Below, in pieces: positions 1 through 13,310 of a stretch of 64,000 bases of DNA. This DNA comes from Octopus vulgaris (taxonomy: Eukaryota), in NCBI GenBank assembly GCA_951406725.2, contig OX597818.1:118544001-118608000 (forward strand), in the 5' to 3' direction. The notes beneath the pieces are model-generated. The model ran no database searches and was not told the DNA's origin. It saw nothing but the letters and a program-made list of their open reading frames with translations. The translations under genes were made by a program, and so were the position numbers. Each line of letters opens with the position of its first letter. The first letter of the stretch is position 1.

Positions 1-1057
1 TATTTAAAAGACAACAACATTTTCTTATAACAACGTATCTTTGTTCTACATTTCAATACAGAACACAGACCAAGTCAGTGAAATTTTATCAAAGCAACCA
101 CATTATATATGTGTGTAGGTGCGATTGTCTTGTGTGTGTCTGAATGCGTATGTACACATGCGTATATTTATGTGTGTTTGTGTGTGTACTCATACATATA
201 TACCTCCATCTCTGTCTCTGACTGCCTCTTTCTGTCTGTCTCTCTTTCTCTCTCTCTCTCTCTCCCCATATATATATATATATATATATATACACGCATA
301 CGTATACATATACATAGACAGATAAATGTGACTTTTGTTGCAGTCCAGTTCATCTCTATTAAGATTATGACAACCCATTAATCCATCTTGAAGTTAGACG
401 CGCCTTGTATCCACTTCATTTGGCGTAAACCGTTAATGACCTTGAGTAAAATATTATAATTACTAGAATACTCTTCAAACTTGATAGAACCTAATAATGC
501 ATTGATGAAATCTACTTAATTAGGATCCACCAAGCAGAAAATAATAGCTAAATGTTTCTCCCGTTTCTTTTATATCTGAAATCAATAACTGAGACGCTTC
601 TCCGTATGCTGTGTTGTTGACGCCTTCTCATCCGGTGTTTCATTATTCGTACCATTGAACAAAAACAATATTATATGAAGCACACGCTCTGTACACAGGC
701 AAATGTTTGATTGCATACAACGCTCGCACATATATGAACATAGACAGATACTTATCGTATCTATTACTGTTCATTACCTTCTTATTAATCGCACACAAAA
801 TATTCTCGCTAAACATGAAGAAAATGACGTTTTCCATCTCAAAAATTTATCTGCAATTAGACGCTTTAACATTGTTTTACATTTACCACGTATTGTTAAT
901 GTTTGCTTAGTGGCAGACCAACCGTAGTCGACAGACGTATAGTAAAATGCATTGCTAACATCCTATTTGTGTGTCAGATGGTACATATAATTTCTCCTTA
1001 TATTAATATGACAAGCTGTGAATCGAGGTAAATTTTGATATCATTATCACAGGCTAA

Positions 1058-1820
1058 GAAGGCGGCGAGCTGGAAGAATCGTTAGCACGCCGGGCGAAGT
1101 GCTTAGCGGTATTTTGTCTGCCGTTACGTTGTGAGTTCAAATTCCGTCGAGGTCGACTTTCCCTTTCATCCTTTCGGGGTCGATAAATTAAGTACCAGTT
1201 ACGCACTGGGGACGATGTAATCGACTTAATACCTATGTCTGTCCTTGTTTGCCCCCTCTGTGTTTAGCCCCTTGTGGGTAATAAAGAAATAGGTATTTTG
1301 TCTGCCGTTACGTTCTGAGTTCAAATTCCGCAGAGGTCAACTTTGCTTTTCATCCTTTCGGGGTCGATAAATTAAGTACCAGTTACTCACTGGGGTCGAT
1401 GTAATCCACTTAATCCGTTTGTCTGTCTTTGTTTGTCCTCTGTGTTTAGCCCCTTGCGGTTAGTAAAGATATAGCTGTTTCGTCTGCCGCTACGTTCTGA
1501 GTTCAAATTCCGCAGAGGTCAACTTTGCTTTTCATCCTTTCGGGGTCGATAAATTAAGTACCAGTTACTCACTGGGGTCGATGTAATCCACTTAATCCGT
1601 TTGTCTGTCTTTGTTTGTCCTCTGTGTTTAGCCCCTTGCGGTTAGTAAAGATATAGCTGTTTCGTCTGCCGCTACGTTCTGAGTCAAATTCCGCCGAGGT
1701 AGACTTTACCTTTCATCTTTTCGGGGTCAATAAAATAAGTACCAGTTGGATGCTGATGTCGATGTAATCAACTCATCCCCATCTCCCGCAGGCTGGCCTT
1801 GTGTCAAAAATTTGAAATAG
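1058..1820 (+). mobile_element. SINE family B (tRNA-like head, CCTTTCATCCTTTCGGGGTCGATAAATTAAGTACCAG central domain) with four internal ~182-bp tandem units
   Basis: Same head AAGGCGGCGAGCTGG recurs at 24748 and, diverged, at 42023. TCTGCCG(T/C)TACGTT recurs at 1117, 1301, 1483 and 1665. Flanked by a 14-bp direct repeat TTAT(C/A)ACAGGCTAA (1044-1057, 1821-1834), the likely TSD. Confidence 0.85.
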
Positions 1821-2839
1821 TTATAACAGGCTAATCTCTCAGAACGCAATTATCTCTCCTGTCTGCACAAGTATCTAAGGATGAAATTATGAGAACGCAG
1901 ATAATACAATATGGTCGTTTTTCAATATTCAGTACTGTATTAGTCGTGTTCTATTTAAAATGCAATGTAACGTAAGAATCACAGCTGTCATTTTCTTATG
2001 AAAAACATTTTCTTTTATAATATACTAAAAATATGCAATATTAAATGCAACCATTTCATTTTCAGAAATTTTCATTTTATTTTAAACATTATACTGTTAT
2101 ATACCATGCATCTAGCTCCTAAATTTAATCATTGCATTTATCGGGGAAAGTATTAAACATCTAATAGATATGTATATTTCGAAAGTTTTGACTGATCTAT
2201 TTTAGATAAGTAAGCTGTTAATATCTATGCGCAATGTATCAATCAAACCAATATTATATCCCAGTCAAGAGTAAGTCATCTTGTTTTCTTTCTTTCTCTA
2301 TTTATTTACTTATTTTGATAAAACAATAGAATATACAAATTTCAGCTCTATTTGGACGTGTCTTTGCGTAAAATGTTTTATTTATTACCATCGCAAAATT
2401 TACAATTATCGTGACCACTCAATGTCCAACCCACGTAAACTATATAGTATTTAGTTATTTTTCCTGAAGTAATTAAAGATTTACAATATTTATGCACGTC
2501 ACGTAATGATGATTTCAATATCGACGATTTCAAAATATCAAAACCCAAACACTTGTAGACACATCACCTGAATCTCAAACAGTTTGAACAATCTTATCTT
2601 ACGTTGTACTGGAATTCTTTGTATTCAGTACATCGAATCAAAGATGGAGTCACTAACTGATTGATACATTACTAGATATGCAGGTCAAAACATCTCAAAA
2701 TCACATGTACAATATCTGCAAAGAGCACGTCGGACATTGAATTTTTGAGAAACCAGTGGCTAAATAAGGTGCCTTCCACGACAACAATCACAAGTCTACC
2801 CGAACAATGAAGATGAAAATATACGACAAAATAAGAAGA

Positions 2840-2980
2840 TGATCACCTTTCGGTCATGTATGACCATGGTATTGCAACTAGAAAATTACCTTCCGAGTCA
2901 CAACTCCGGGCAAGGATATTCATGGAAGGCCAGCAGTTCCCCATGTATACCAGCCTTCCCTCTCCGCGCCACCGATGTTA
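2840..2980 (-). mobile_element. Fragment of an old SINE-like interspersed repeat
   Basis: GC-richer island resembling a repeat I recall from cephalopod genomes. Only one copy in this window. Confidence 0.3.
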
Positions 2981-4199
2981 TAACAATTAACATATTGTGT
3001 TATTATGTACATGGTCTATCTTGGACTACAGCAAATATTCTGCTCAATACTACAGATTTGCATGTCAGTTGTTTAACCTTAACCAGTTGAGCATTCCCTT
3101 AGTGGCTATCAATATTATGTGCATCTCTGATCACGAACAAATAGGTGGAGTGATTCTTCTGACTATAATATTTCAAGGCATTGTCAGAACATCGCCTTAG
3201 TCTAATGAGTAAAACAAGTAAAACGTTACAAAAAAGGAAACGTTACTCTACCAACAAGAGCGATTTGCGCTACCAACGCGAAATATTAAAAAGCCCACCA
3301 TTGCATACGATTCGGTATAATACTCGTACAACTTACAACGTAGAAAGTATTGTTTAAATCAGATTCATAACTCTGCAAATAAATATTACTGAATAAAATC
3401 AAGCATATAATTGTCAACTGCGATTGAAAGCGCTGGAAAAATTAGCCCTTTCAAATAATTGTTTCGCTGAACGATAATATATAAATTTTCTTAATAGCAA
3501 TTTGTTATTAATCAGGCTATATAACTTTATCCTGTGATAATTTGTGATTTCTAAGTAGAGGAATAATTAATCATAATCTGCTTATATCCATAATAATTAT
3601 CTCTCTGCAAATTGTCTTCGAAAGATTTCGTGTAATAATCAAATCAAATGTCATAAGTACATAACCTTTGATGAAACACATATCGAAAGTTCGCACTGCG
3701 ATGTGTCTGTATCACAAATGTACTTTTAAGCTATTGATTTCTACTACCCTTTCTTCACTACATTCCAAGCATCATATTGTGTCATATACAAATATACTAT
3801 TAACTAAATTGCGTTGCTACAGGAGACATTTAACGACTTTCACTTCTAATTTGTTATTCGTGATACGAAAACAAATACTGTTTCCTTTATTCTTTCTTAG
3901 TCGACAAGATATATATGCAATTAAATTATGGACTGAAGTACATTAATAGATAATATTGTCAAAGATAGCGGAACCAAAAACCGGATGCATATTATGCTTC
4001 ACTGCAAATATTACCGATCTCATTGTTTCAACAATTTATATATATTTGAGGGCGTGAACGAAAAGCCGAATATATGCAACTTATCATATCAGTAGCAAAT
4101 ATTTAATGCGCCCATATGATGAGAAATGCTCACAGTTGTCACTTGAACTCATGACTTCAAGAGACATTCTTAAATTTGCATAAATTATTTAGTGTAATA

Positions 4200-4499
4200 G
4201 TAGAGGCACATGGCCTAGTGGTTAGAGCAGCAGACTCGCGGTCGAGAGATCGCGGGTTCGAATCTCAGATGTGTGTGTTTATGAGCGAAACACCTAACCT
4301 CCGCGGGGCCCTGGCAGAAGGTATTGGCGAACTTCTGCTGAATCTTTCGCCACAATTTCCTCTCACTCTCTCCTCCTGCATCTTGCAGCTCATCTTGCGA
4401 TAGACCGGCGTCCTGTCCAGGTGTGGAAACTATACGCCAAGAAAAACGGGAAACCGGCCCTTATGAGCCAGGCATGGCTTGAGAAGGAACAAACAAACA
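4200..4499 (+). mobile_element. SINE family C (tRNA-Arg-like head)
   Basis: A-box-like TGGCCTAGTGG and B-box-like GGTTCGAATCTC. Homologous to 4694, 47393 and 63552. Imperfect TSD TT(T/C)AGTGTAATA. Confidence 0.85.
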
Positions 4500-4693
4500 T
4501 TCAGTGTAATACTATAAGCATATTTTTCATCAGTCGATAGTGGTTAAAGTAATTTTAAAATGGTACAGTTTATATTCTGAATACATTATTGAAGGACAAA
4601 TACATACCTGCCTGTAGGTATATGGGCGTTACCCTTGAACAGTGCTGAAATTCTGACTGTGATTGAGATTTATATTTTATTAATAATTTCCTT

Positions 4694-5014
4694 GTGGAGG
4701 CGCAATGGCCGATGGTTAAGGCAGCCGACTCGCGGTCGGAGGATCGTGGTTTCGATTCCCAGACCGGATGTTGTGTGTGTGAGTGTGTTTATTGACCGAA
4801 AACACCTAAAAGCTCCACGAGGCTACAGCAGGGGGTGGTGGCGACCCCTGTTGTACTCTTTCGCCACAACTTTCTCTCACAGCTTCTCTTCCTGTTTCTT
4901 GAGTAACGCTACGATGGACTGGCGTCCGGTTCAACTGGGGGTGGGGACACATACGCCACAGAAACGAGGAAACGGGGCCCATGAGCCTGGCTAGGCTTGA
5001 AAAGGGCGACAAAG
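4694..5014 (+). mobile_element. SINE family C, full length
   Basis: Pol III A/B-box-like head. Exact 12-bp TSD AATAATTTCCTT at 4682-4693 and 5015-5026. Confidence 0.88.
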
Positions 5015-5844
5015 AATAATTTCCTTAGAGTCCCTTGCAATTTCCTTCCACAGATACATTAGTACGCTAGTCATAGTAATAGTCGTAGAATGGGGGTTAG
5101 GCACTGTAACAGTTGGTCACAGCATCCACCATTTGCTGGTTTCCTATTCGTGACAGACGACATCTTTGTACTAATCAGGCGCCAACCTTCCAACCCATTT
5201 GTCTATTTGGGTAGTTGTTGCTGGTGAGGGTTTTACGAGGTGAAAGTAGAAATACTACCGCCACCTCGTTTCAGTTGAATTTTAGGACCAGCGGAGGGAA
5301 CTATGGGTTTTTTCATTGACGTGTTTGTACTAACATAACGCAATTAATCATCAACGTTTGTAAACTTAATAAACCAATACTGAATGTTAATTTTTCATCT
5401 CTCTGTTGAAGTGACATTGGTTTATGCTGCTACGCCTTTATAATACGGCAGAAACTCATTTTTAGCTCTTTAAATTATGCGATATCTATTAAGTGCAACT
5501 TTTCGTTCTCTATGATTTTGCGATTACCTCCTTACGTCATTACGTTATCATTTCCGTTTGGTAAGTTCATCTTCGATATATTCCTTGTAGTATACATGCA
5601 TTATATTCTAATGACTTCCTGTCGAGTTGTGTATTGTAAAGCTCAATGCTGTATACCATCTGAATAAGCACAGAAGCAATATTTCACACCTCGCACTATA
5701 CCGATCATTATTGGATACCACCAACAAGATGCAATTACGCTGGATTACTTCATACAAGACAACAGTATGTATTTAAAAGACGAATCAGTAAATGCCATCA
5801 TAAATACATCTACAAGATAAGATGTGCATGTATGACTTTGTGCC

Positions 5845-6018
5845 AGCGTTTGCCCGCACATAGCGATTTGAAAACCGGTGTTGGTGTATTTACGTCCCCG
5901 TAACATAGCGGTCCGTTAGCAGATATCGATAAAATAAGTCCCGCGTCGGATTTCTTTGACTACAACCCTATCGGCGCTTCTCCAGCATGACCGCAACCAA
6001 ATGACTGGAACAAGTAAA
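5845..6018 (+). mobile_element. SINE family A, diverged 3' half
   Basis: Aligns by eye to the 3' half of the 9140-9556 copy (TTTACGTCCCCGTAAC ... CCAGCATGACCGCAACCAAATGACTG). Confidence 0.7.
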
Positions 6019-6676
6019 TCTGTAAAACTATATGAAAGAATATTGCTTAAAACCTAACAAATGAGGTACAATATGAACATGAAAGACCGCATATGGTAAA
6101 TGCTTGCAAATGGAGCTGAAATATATGCTATTCCATATCGTACACACACACACATACACACACGCACACAGACGCATATATGCACATATGCACAGACATA
6201 CAGGCATCTCAGAAATAAGTAGGAAGCGTGTTATCTTTTTAAAGATACATTTGTAGCATAGAACAAATTCAATCATAAGGTGCCGTCTTCAATAAGTCCA
6301 ATAAAACTAGGCGCATCAATTCTGAAATGATGTTTCTGCCAGCTCGCCTTATTATTTCGTAAATATTATTCCATAGGGAGAATGATAACTTTGTTTTTCG
6401 TTTTCGTGAAAATTTGTCTGATTTCTTTTGTACTAATAATGCTTTTATCCGGTTTCGAAAGATTTCTAACTGTGATGGACTGAGGAGGTGACCTTGAAGG
6501 CGCAAATTTTAGACTAACGGAGACAGCATTTGAATATCACCTGAGGAAAGTCAACTGGATATCATTATGCAAAGAAACAGTTGCATAATCAAATACCTGA
6601 ACTTTTGAAGAACCACTTTCGATGGAAACAATTGTGCAACCTTACTCCTTCTTGTTGATTTCAATTACTTCACTTT

Positions 6677-6742
<66 letters not shown>

Positions 6743-8169
6743 TGTATGTATGTATGTATATATGAATCTAAAGATCCATTATACATATAATACACGCGGA
6801 CTTTCTGCAGTATTAATTTTTAATAAGGCTGAAAGCTTTACGTCGCAAATTCTTAACTTTAAGGTTTCTGCTTCAGCACCATATTGTTTCCCAATGAATA
6901 AATGTTTACACTAAGCAGTAATATATTCGAATCAAATATACTTTCTCGAAAGGGCTTTGACGTTGTATACAATTATTTAACATTAATTCGGTTTTATAGC
7001 AGATAACATTAATAGACCAGATGATAAAATAAAATTCTTCAAGCCATTTAGAAGTTCTGTGAGCTAATGAAAGTGGCGTTGGCCTTCCTGAAAAAGACAA
7101 TAGCAGTAATATGAAGAAATAATGATGGCATAAAATATTCACAACTTTTAAAAGCGCATTTTAATACTTTGTATTAAAAGTACTAGAAAATTTCAGCTTA
7201 ATTACATTCCTATTTTAGAAATAAGATATTAAGTTAATTTTACAGAATACCATAGAGTTTGAAAATAAAATGCGAAATCGTCGTATTTGTGCTATATATT
7301 TTTGTTCAAATTTTGTGTGGGTGTGTATTGGAAATTAATTCCAAGAAAATTAGAATTTTCATATTTTCTTCCTGATTAGAAGGCAAGAATTGAAAGTAAC
7401 AACAACTGAAGTTTTAATCAAGAAATATTACATTAAAAAAGAAAATTATGATGGCGAGGAATAGCGATAAAATGCGTATGTGGTAAGTAGACATGAGAAA
7501 AATTCTGCCATGACTAGAAATAGAATGTGACGTAAGAATATAAAGTTAATGGAGATGGGATTTAGGAGATAACACTTAAAGTGGTTCATCATGATACTGA
7601 TTGTGATTTCAAAGAACGTGCAATAAAATAGGAAAAAGTATAAAACTTGTACTTATGGGGATAAAAAAGAATGACATTAATGCGTTCTTTATACATTTAG
7701 CACTGAACAGACGCATATATATATATATGTGTATGTGTGTACATATTGTTATATGTGTAAGCAGTTATATATTGTTTGTCAGTGAGTATGTGTAATTATA
7801 ATTATATTCAGAAGCTCATATGGAAAAGACAATACTAAAATTATCTATATAGAATATGTATAAATATATATAAATGCACACACACACGCACACACGCGGA
7901 CACACATACACACACACACTCACACACACACACACACACGTATATATATATATATATATATATAACCTGGAAAAATTACCGCAAACTTTCATATGCCGAA
8001 CATCGGCATAAACCGTATCCTGATCAGTTAAATGTGACTCTTTTCTTCCAGGTGAAACCCCTTCTAGACACCATAGAGAGAAAAACGCATACTCCAAAAC
8101 CTTTCCCTATACAAAGTACTCGAAGTAACATGTGATAGTTCTTTTCTCTCTCTAAAGGAGACTACGGCA

Positions 8170-8600
8170 GCGGTACTGGGTTTTAATAGTTATCGGCAAG
8201 CTAACATGGCAGTCCAGAAAAATAGGACAAATGGTGCCGTTGATTAACTACAAGAGGACATCGACTCTAGCTAGCTATGTGACACACAAACCCGTGTCCT
8301 TTATAACCTTCGAAAAGGGGAGGTCAGCAGGTTCGTCTTGCTGGTCAGCAGCGAAGCCTGCTGGGTTTGGCTACTCCACATTGGTAAGAGGCAAACACCT
8401 CGAAACTAGTCTGTGGCTGCCAGACAAGCAAGGAGGAAGCTGCTGACCTACCCTGTTCGAAGGTTATAACGGACACAGGTTTGTGTGTCACATAGCTAGC
8501 TACAGGTGATGACCTCTTAGAGCTAATCAACGACAGCATACGTCCTATTTTTCTAGACTGCCATGTTAAGTTGGCGATAGCTATTAATATCCAGTACCGC
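8170..8600. mobile_element. Foldback (palindromic) non-autonomous element, diverged arms of ~180 bp
   Basis: GCGGTACTGG ... CCAGTACCGC termini. Internal blocks such as TAGCTAGCTATGTGACACACAAACC and TTATAACCTTCGAA recur in reverse complement. Confidence 0.8.
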
Positions 8601-8672
8601 GGATAAAACTAATGATTAGAAATATTAAATTTCTAAATATCTCATAGAGATATGTGCGGTGGTAGAGTGATA

Positions 8673-8966
8673 GAGTGGTTGTATACTGTCAACTTAACGT
8701 GGCAGTCCCGTAAGGGAATTACACTACCGCTATTTAGCCCAAGGAAGCAACGACGTTTCCTGTCGGCCTTGACACATTTCCTGTGTCCTTATATATTTAC
8801 GAAGGGGAGACAAACACCCCCAACAGTGTCTCCCCTTCGTAAATATATAAGGACACAGGAAATGTGTCAAGGCCGACAGGAAACGTCGTTGCTTCCTTGG
8901 GCTAAATAGCGGTAGTGTCATTCCCTTACGGGACTGCCCCGTTAAGTTGACAGTATACAACCACTC
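8673..8966. mobile_element. Foldback (palindromic) non-autonomous element, near-perfect ~139-bp arms
   Basis: GAGTGGTTGTATACTGTCAACTTAACG ... CGTTAAGTTGACAGTATACAACCACTC. I see only about 2 arm mismatches, with a short spacer near 8812-8827. Confidence 0.9.
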
Positions 8967-9101
8967 AAAAAATAATGATATTTCTGCTTACATTTGTTAT
9001 TGTTGTTTAATACTCGACTCTCCTTAGTAATGATTCATGCGCTGAATGTATTTCAGTTTCGACCCTACAGTCATTTTATAGTCAAGAATTACTGAGTATA
9101 G

Positions 9102-9556
9102 AGGCGCAGGAGTGGCATATAGGCGCAGGAGTGGTATATAGGCGCAGGAGTGGCTGTGTGGTAAGTCGCTTGCTAACCAACCACATGGTTGCCGGTTCAG
9201 TCCCACTGCGTGGCATCTTGGGCAAGTGTCTTCTGCTATAGCCCCGGGCCGACCAATGCCTTGTGAGTGGATTTGGTAGACAGAAACTGAAAGAAGCCTG
9301 TCGTATATATGTATATATATATATATATATATGTATGTGTTTGTGTGTCTGTGTTTGTCCCCCTAGCATTGCTTAACAACCGATGCTGGTGTGTTTATGT
9401 CCCCGTTACTTAGCGGTTCGGCAAAAGAGACCGATGAATAAGTACTGGGCTTACAAAGAATAAGTCCCGGGGTCGATTTGCTCGACTAAAGGCGGTGCTC
9501 CAGCATGGCCGCAGTCAAATGACTGAAACAAGTAAAAGAGTAAAAGAGAAAAGAGT
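9102..9556 (+). mobile_element. SINE family A, full length (tRNA-like head, CORE-like CTTGGGCAAGT block, internal (TA)n/(TG)n, GAGTAAAA tail repeats) with triplicated 5' 19-mer
   Basis: TGGCTGTGTGGTAAG A-box-like and GGTTCAGTCCC B-box-like motifs. Near-identical to 54403 (+) and 61067 (-). Confidence 0.9.
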
Positions 9557-9712
9557 ATCACTTTATTGGTCGCTTTCAAGACACTGAAGTCACGAAGAAA
9601 ACTGGTTGGTAATTACTAATAAAAATATACGTATAAAACGCATCTTAGTGACTCGGGCGAGAATACATATACTCCAGGTAGTGACAGAGGATATTCCGAC
9701 GTCGAATAAAAG

Positions 9713-9763
<51 letters not shown>

Positions 9764-10014
9764 GTGTGGGAGGTATACGTTTTTGTGAACGTAGGTATTA
9801 ATATGGAGAGAGGAAAAGAGAGATTTATATTTACATATATATATGTGAGTGTGTATGCGTGTGTGTCTATGTTTCTATGTGTGTGTGTGTAAATAAATAC
9901 GAGCATATACACTCACAAACACACACATATATAATGTACTATGTATGAGTGTATGCATGCATATATCTACGTATGTATGTATGTATGTATGTATGTATAT
10001 AAGTATGTGTGTGT

Positions 10015-10215
10015 GGTTGTTTGTCTGTGTTTGTCTCCCTATCGTCCTTTGACAACTGATAGTGGCGTGTCAACATCCCCGTAACTCAGCGGTTAGGCAA
10101 AAGACCAAGAGAATAAGTAGTAGGCTTACAAAGAATAAGTCGATTTGTTCGACTAAAGACGGTGCTCCAGCATGACCGCTGTCAAAAGACTGAAACAAAT
10201 AAAAGAATAAAGAAT
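10015..10215 (+). mobile_element. SINE family A, 3' half, followed by (AGAT)n(AGAC)n
   Basis: Matches the 3' half of the 9140 copy. Confidence 0.8.
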
Positions 10216-10221
10216 AGATAA

Positions 10222-10314
<93 letters not shown>

Positions 10315-11177
10315 TATATATATATAGACACGTGTTTGTGTGTGCGAATTATGTAGTTGATTCTCATTAACTTTTTCTCCTACGGTTTTGTTGTTCTCAG
10401 TCAGTCTTCTTACACCTATCTGTAGAATCATGTACATACATATGTATGTATGGATGTGTGTGTATGTCTGTGTACGTGAGTGTGAGTGTAGTTGTGCCTA
10501 TTTGTACATGTATGTGTACATGCGTATGTGCGTGCGTTTGTCTGTTTTGTGTATGATTGTGCGGATGTCTTCCCTGCACCTTCATATAATATATACAAAC
10601 AACTACTACAACTCCAACAGGTTACTCACGGACTAGCTATATTGTAAAAAAAACCCAGAAGAGTGAGCGCTAACCTGGAATTCCAATCATCAGGATAAAA
10701 TGGCAACATCTCAAAATATTTCTTGCATTATAGGAAGTAAACACGTAAAATATAATATACAGAAGCAGAAGGTTTTGGCTCTTTGGATATCTCTCCATTT
10801 CGTATGTTTATTACACGTCCAGGAATGATAATGGAGCGTAGCTTCTAATTGCAGCTTATATTACTAGTTTACTTGTACTAGTTTGCTTGTAAATACCTCG
10901 CCGCTCCAGCTTTGCCAATAGGCTGGATGTATAATCTTTAAAACTTGTTTTCTAATTGTTACGCTTTGTTTATGCGGTCTTGAAATACACCAAATGTTAA
11001 ATGGCTAAAATTCTTTAGATTGTTATTGCCTCGTCTGTTATTTCAATTTTCTTCATTCTTTTCATTTTTTACATAAATACAGGTTTTTTGTTTTTGTCGT
11101 CTCTTTTACACTTTTAAACACATTTCTCATTGATACATGCATATATATATATATATATATTTGTGTGTGTGTATACG

Positions 11178-11213
<36 letters not shown>

Positions 11214-11253
11214 TGTATTTATAAATATATACATGTATATAATGTATACATAT

Positions 11254-11303
<50 letters not shown>

Positions 11304-12180
11304 CACGCACACACACGCACACACACACACGCACACACACGCATGTATATATATATATATATATATATACATATATAATGTATTTCCATGTTATCCTGGC
11401 TTTCATTTCTAAAAATACCGTAAGGATATTTGAAAAATACTTTTACTATGACCTTGTATATTCTCGTGCACTAAAGGTTAGTCGTCTGTATAATACACAT
11501 TCCTAAAGACATCAGTGACATAAGTGATGTGAAATGGTTCGGATATACAATGAAATCTGCCAAGCAATTATGAGGCTTCGATTCTAGGTTTTTTTTTTTG
11601 TATTTTTTTTTTGCAATCTGGTGCACGGCAAGCATATATTTATTTTTGCTAATAAGATTTAGCAGCTGGTTACGAAGCGAATCTAATAAAACACCTTATC
11701 GCATCTTATTACTCGTATTTCTTCTATGTTTTGGCAGTAGTATAACATGTTATGTTTTGGCAGAATCATTAGATCTTCAGACATATTTCGAAATTGTATT
11801 TGTCCTGCTCTTTACGTTCTTATTTTAAAACCAAATGAAGTTGTGTTAAGTTATCACCCGCCAGAGTTCGATAAAATACATTACCAGTAACTCACTAGCT
11901 TTGATATAATAGACTAAACTCTCCCTTCAGTCTCGCGGCCTTATGCATATATTTCAAATTGCTTTCATTGATCTGTGAAACATGAAATAGATTATGATAT
12001 TATGGGCAGACGTTAAACTTGTACCAGCATGAAATCCACAAAAGGCAACTATCTCCCACGCAGTGGTGTTAAAAATGGGCGACGGGTTAAACTTTCCGAA
12101 AGTTGCTATTCTATTGCTGCAAGAAAACACTGTGTACTGAGTTCATAAGGAGTGCCAAACAATCCTAGATTATACAGTTC

Positions 12181-12360
12181 TATATTTAAGGGATGAGGAA
12201 TTAAGTATATTATTTACATTATTGACAACTGACGGGTATTTGTCCTCATCTTTTTTGTAGTTAACACAATGTTTCGGCTGATATACCCTCCAGCCTTCAT
12301 CAGTTGTCTTGGGGAAATTTCAAACCTGGATTCTCATTCCTAAGATATTTTTCGATGTTG
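12181..12360 (-). mobile_element. Penelope-like/retrozyme-type terminal fragment with minimal hammerhead motif (12263-12308)
   Basis: Minus strand reads GACAA CTGATGA A GGCTG GAGGGTATAT CAGCC GAAA CATT GTGTT: core boxes plus a 5-bp stem II. Confidence 0.6.
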
Positions 12361-13256
12361 TTATTATTATTTAGACATGATAGATCCTTAGCAACACGTA
12401 GAAATAAACGGGTGTTCTCTTGGGGTGAAAGAGTGCACATTTATTCGTTTCTGAAAAGCAATTGATGAATGAAGTATAATACTAATACGTTTGTTGTGAG
12501 TAGTAAAGAACAGACATGCTCACTAACTTATTGTTTTCAACACATTATGTTCCAGGAGTAGCTAAACATTGTTTGCCACAGACCATTGTTCGTCGCACGT
12601 CACACCTGCCACCAAAGCAAACTAGACCGTTTTTTTTTTCAGACTTATGAAGTCCAAAATATATTACGCATTCAGACCTTTCATTAAGAGGGTACCCCGG
12701 TACCTGATGGTAATTTTGCTCCCATCATCATGTTACCAGGAATCCAGCAGGGATGAACTTTAAGCTATATCTGCTATAGTGGTGATACGGCATAACAGAG
12801 TTGTTGCTATATGCTTTCTCTATCGCTCTCTTTGTATTTATCTCAGTTTACTGGGTTTTGCAACTCCTTCTTCGGAGTTCAATTCCTGTGTTGGTCATCT
12901 TGGCTTTTCCTCCTCCCAGAGCCGATATGAAGCACCCGTCAAATACTGGTGTTAATTTCTTTGACTAAGTTTCTCCCCAAAATTTCTGTGCCTATGTTAG
13001 AAACCCGTTCGATTTCTATAAAACAAGCACCAGTCGAAAATCCCAGAGGTTGATTTAATCAACTGTTTCCTTATCCTTATCTCATCTCTCTCCCTCAATT
13101 TTATCTTTGTGCATTAATAGAAGATAAAGTTTCATATGCATGTCCCATCACGTTGACACGTGATACAATATGTTTGTGTGTGTGTACTCTTATTTCTCTT
13201 ATACATTCTCTAATAAGAATATTGAACTACACCTACTAATAACTGATTGTGTTGTG

Positions 13257-13310
<54 letters not shown>

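Noticed and set aside
1110-1760. Regularly spaced repeats suggesting a CRISPR-like array
   Set aside because: Whole ~182-bp units repeat with no unique spacers, the context is eukaryotic, and there are no cas genes.
4200-4270. tRNA-Arg-like sequences here and at 4694, 47393 and 63552
   Set aside because: No complete cloverleaf. They continue into a shared SINE body, with TSDs at most copies.
7980-8030. Minus-strand CTGATCA...hairpin...GAAA, and TTGAAGA...GAAACAATTGT at 6605-6640
   Set aside because: Core mismatches and no convincing stem I, so too degenerate to call.
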